Notes under the pieces: generated by a model
Databases searched by the model: none
The model's input: the letters and a program-made list of their open reading frames with translations, nothing else
What the model was told of the DNA's origin: nothing
Origin: Octopus sinensis
Lineage: Eukaryota
DNA: 64,000 nucleotides
Reading direction: 5' to 3'
Assembly (NCBI RefSeq): GCF_006345805.1
Contig: NC_043009.1
Coordinates: forward strand, 17,174,001-17,238,000
Position numbers and translations under genes: made by a program
In this document: positions 61,364-64,000 of the stretch, piece by piece
Layout of the letters: every line of letters starts with the position of its first letter
Position numbering within the stretch: the stretch's first letter is position 1

Positions 61364-61501
61364 GTATGTATATATATATGTCTATACATGTATGTATATA
61401 TGTGTATATATATGTATATATATGTACATAAATGTGTATATATGTATATAAATGTGTATTATATATATATATGTATATATATAAATGTGTATATACATAT
61501 A

Positions 61502-61532
<31 letters not shown>

Positions 61533-62904
61533 ATAGTAATAGACCAAAGAAAGTAATTCCTTCAAAGAAGTGTGTAAAACATCCAATTCACAGGTATATC
61601 AGTTCAGTACCACATAAATATGGGTATAATGCAAATTACAAACAAGAAATTAAATAGAGAGATTCAGTTGACAATCCAATTATATATTTATATATAACTA
61701 TAAAAGAGAGTTTGTGTGTGTGTATGTGTGTGTGCATGCTGACTTTGACATATGGGGTATCAAAAGATTCAGTACCATTTCTGCTACCAGCTAAACTTTA
61801 TTTTCATTGACATATTTCCATTACAAAAATTTTAAATTGTAATCTTTTCCGTAACTCAACTATCGTAAGCATTTTATACGACCGCGACAACGATGACGTC
61901 ACATTTTCTATATGAGTGTGTACCTTAACAGACATCCATCATTACGACACACACCTTCACTCATTCACTCTATCTCTCTCTCTCTCTTGCACACACACAC
62001 ACACTCACATGTCTATTTCATATACACGTACATACATCTTATTTTTACGGAATGACCGAGTGAAACACAGAATGAGAAAAGAACAGAGAGACAAGAGAGA
62101 GAAACAGAGACTGGAAACAAGTTTCTATGGGAGAAGATGACAGGGACAGCGGGTGAGAGACAGAGGCTGATGTTCCATACCCTATGTATGTTCTAGAGTC
62201 GAAAGTGAAAGAAAGCCTGCACAAAATTGATGCTGTATGTTCTATTGGTGAAGGTGAAAGAAAGTGGCACAAAGAGAGGGGAAAAGCGGCAGAGAAATAC
62301 TGTCATGTCGTACAATTTTAAGGTAATTTTCACTTTCATCCCATGTTTCATGTGTGTGTAGAATTAGGCATTATATTTCTTTCGTTTTCTCATTATAATG
62401 TATGGAGACCTGCTGTTAACATATTACAGCTTCACTACAGTTCCTTGTTTTGGAATTAAGAAAGGTATACAAAAATAACTTCCTTTGCCACACACAGAGT
62501 TCTGTATGAATTATGTTATTCCTTGCTGTGCCCTAAATTACAGCTGAAATCCTATGGAACTTACCTTTTCCTATTCTACCATTCCTGTTTGTGAGGAGCG
62601 TATTTCAAAACCTGATCTTCCATTTAAACTTACAAAGAAGTTATCTCAGAAAACCTGTCCTTTACCTGTTGTTTCTAGCATGTCTCAGATGACATTTGCA
62701 TACCACCACCACCACCACTTATTTCTTTCCTCAATTCACTCACATTCCTATGTTTTCCATACAGGAGATTTGCATTTCATCTGAAAGTGAGTAGCCAATG
62801 GGTGGCCAAGGTGGGGTAAGGAGTATTTGGTATTTCTTTCAGAAAAATTAAATTTTTGAAAACAAATTAAATTATCCACATTCGTAATCTCTGTATTTTT
62901 CCAT

Positions 62905-63390
62905 CATCATCATCATCATCGTCGTCGTTTAGCGTCCGTTTTCCATGCTAGCATGGGTTGGACGGTTCTGCTGGGGTCTGTGAAGCCAGAAGGCTTCATC
63001 AGGCCCAGTCAAATCTGGCAGTGTTTCTACAGCTGGATGCCCTTCCTAACGCCAACCACTCCGTGAGTGTAGTGGGTGCTTTTTACGTGCCACCCGCACA
63101 GGTGCCAGACAGAGCTGGCAAACGGCCACGAACGGATGGTGCTTTTTATGTGCCACCGGCACAAGGGCCAGGCGAGGCTGGCAACGGACATGAAACGGGG
63201 CGGTGCTGGCAACGGTCGCGAAACGGAAGGTTCTCTTACATGCCACCGGCACTGGTAACACATCTGCAATTTCCATTGATCGATTTCCATTCTGATCCTC
63301 ACTTGCCTCAACGGGTCTTCACAAGTAGAGTTTCGACATGCCACCGGTGCTGGTAACACATCTGCAATTTCCATTGATCGATTTCCAAAA
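62905..63390 (-). mobile_element. Young (CpG-rich) family D copy with internal 47-bp duplication
   Basis: (cat)n cgtttagcgtccgttttccatgctagcatgggttggacgg; gatgcccttcctaacgcc; tandem gtgccaccggcac units; ccaccgg..ctggtaacacatctgcaatttccattgatcgatttcca at 63243-63289 and 63341-63387. Confidence 0.88.
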
Positions 63391-64000
63391 ACAAAATTCA
63401 GAAAACAGTCAAAAATTAGGAAATTTCAGTGGGAAGAAGTGGGTAATTATAATTTTGAAAACAAGATTTCTGGTCAAAATCATATTAACCCCTTTTTATT
63501 CCATGAAAAGTACATAGTTTGTGATCCTTCTTAAGAACATAATTCACTTCCATGCAAATTGTAGCCACCCACCCACCCACTTCACTTCTAGACAAACAAT
63601 AACTTCCATTACACCAGTAATCAACTCCACTATGTATCAGCTAACAGCATGCATTACGCTTATCAAGACAGAGCATAACCAAATCATTCACAGTTTACCG
63701 TTTTGTCTCAAAATAACGGTATACAAATTGACATATGCATTTTCCCACATCCTTTCATTCATTACTAAAAATCAAATTATACAATGCACAACTTCAAATT
63801 GTTATGCCTTCCATATTATATGTTCCTTAATTGTTTGCTATTTTCACCCATTCCACCAAAACGAAGACATTCTCATTTATCTCTTTAAACAAGGGCCGCA
63901 AAGAAAACTGCCTCTATTCATGCTCAAGAAAACTCACTTCAGCAATGTCCAAATGTGTAATATTTGAAAACGATCACCGATGGCAGAAGTTCTGCTCTAA

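Noticed and set aside
62562-62600. Strong minus-strand donor AAG|gtaagt
   Set aside because: Stops occur shortly upstream in the frames checked and there is no convincing exon; it could be a UTR exon but that is unsupported.
62978-63005. CTGATGA followed by an AGCC/GGCT hairpin on the minus strand
   Set aside because: No GAAA follows, and other family D copies read ctggtgca here; it is an ordinary stem-loop, not a hammerhead.

Overview
AT-rich, microsatellite-dense metazoan genomic DNA. The SINE/LINE repertoire and repeat style point to an octopus-like cephalopod (inference). The window is mostly introns of one minus-strand gene for an extracellular cysteine-rich protein. I recovered 8 exons by hand (42233->2651), all phase 1-1 and joining in frame: an ephrin-receptor-like/GCC2-GCC3 module, six calcium-binding EGF modules, then a second GCC2-GCC3 module (1053 nt, 351 codons). 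The gene runs off the left edge and I did not find its 5' exons. None of the supplied ORFs is a complete gene; most are microsatellite or transposon artefacts. The rest is decayed mobile DNA: R4/Dong-like and HERO-like RLE retrotransposons, RTE, CR1 and L2/Jockey-like LINE ends, a Penelope-like end, DD34D, DD37D and DD41D-like Tc1/mariner elements, a Merlin-like transposase, several tRNA-SINE families, MITE-like foldbacks and local duplications. The most notable observation is a set of hammerhead-ribozyme-like motifs. One at 6840-6950, inside an intron and antisense to the gene, has an intact catalytic core, a GUC site, a palindromic stem III and an unusually long stem II. Four degenerate or permuted motifs lie at 55.9-61.1 kb. 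No rRNA, functional tRNA or CRISPR was seen.
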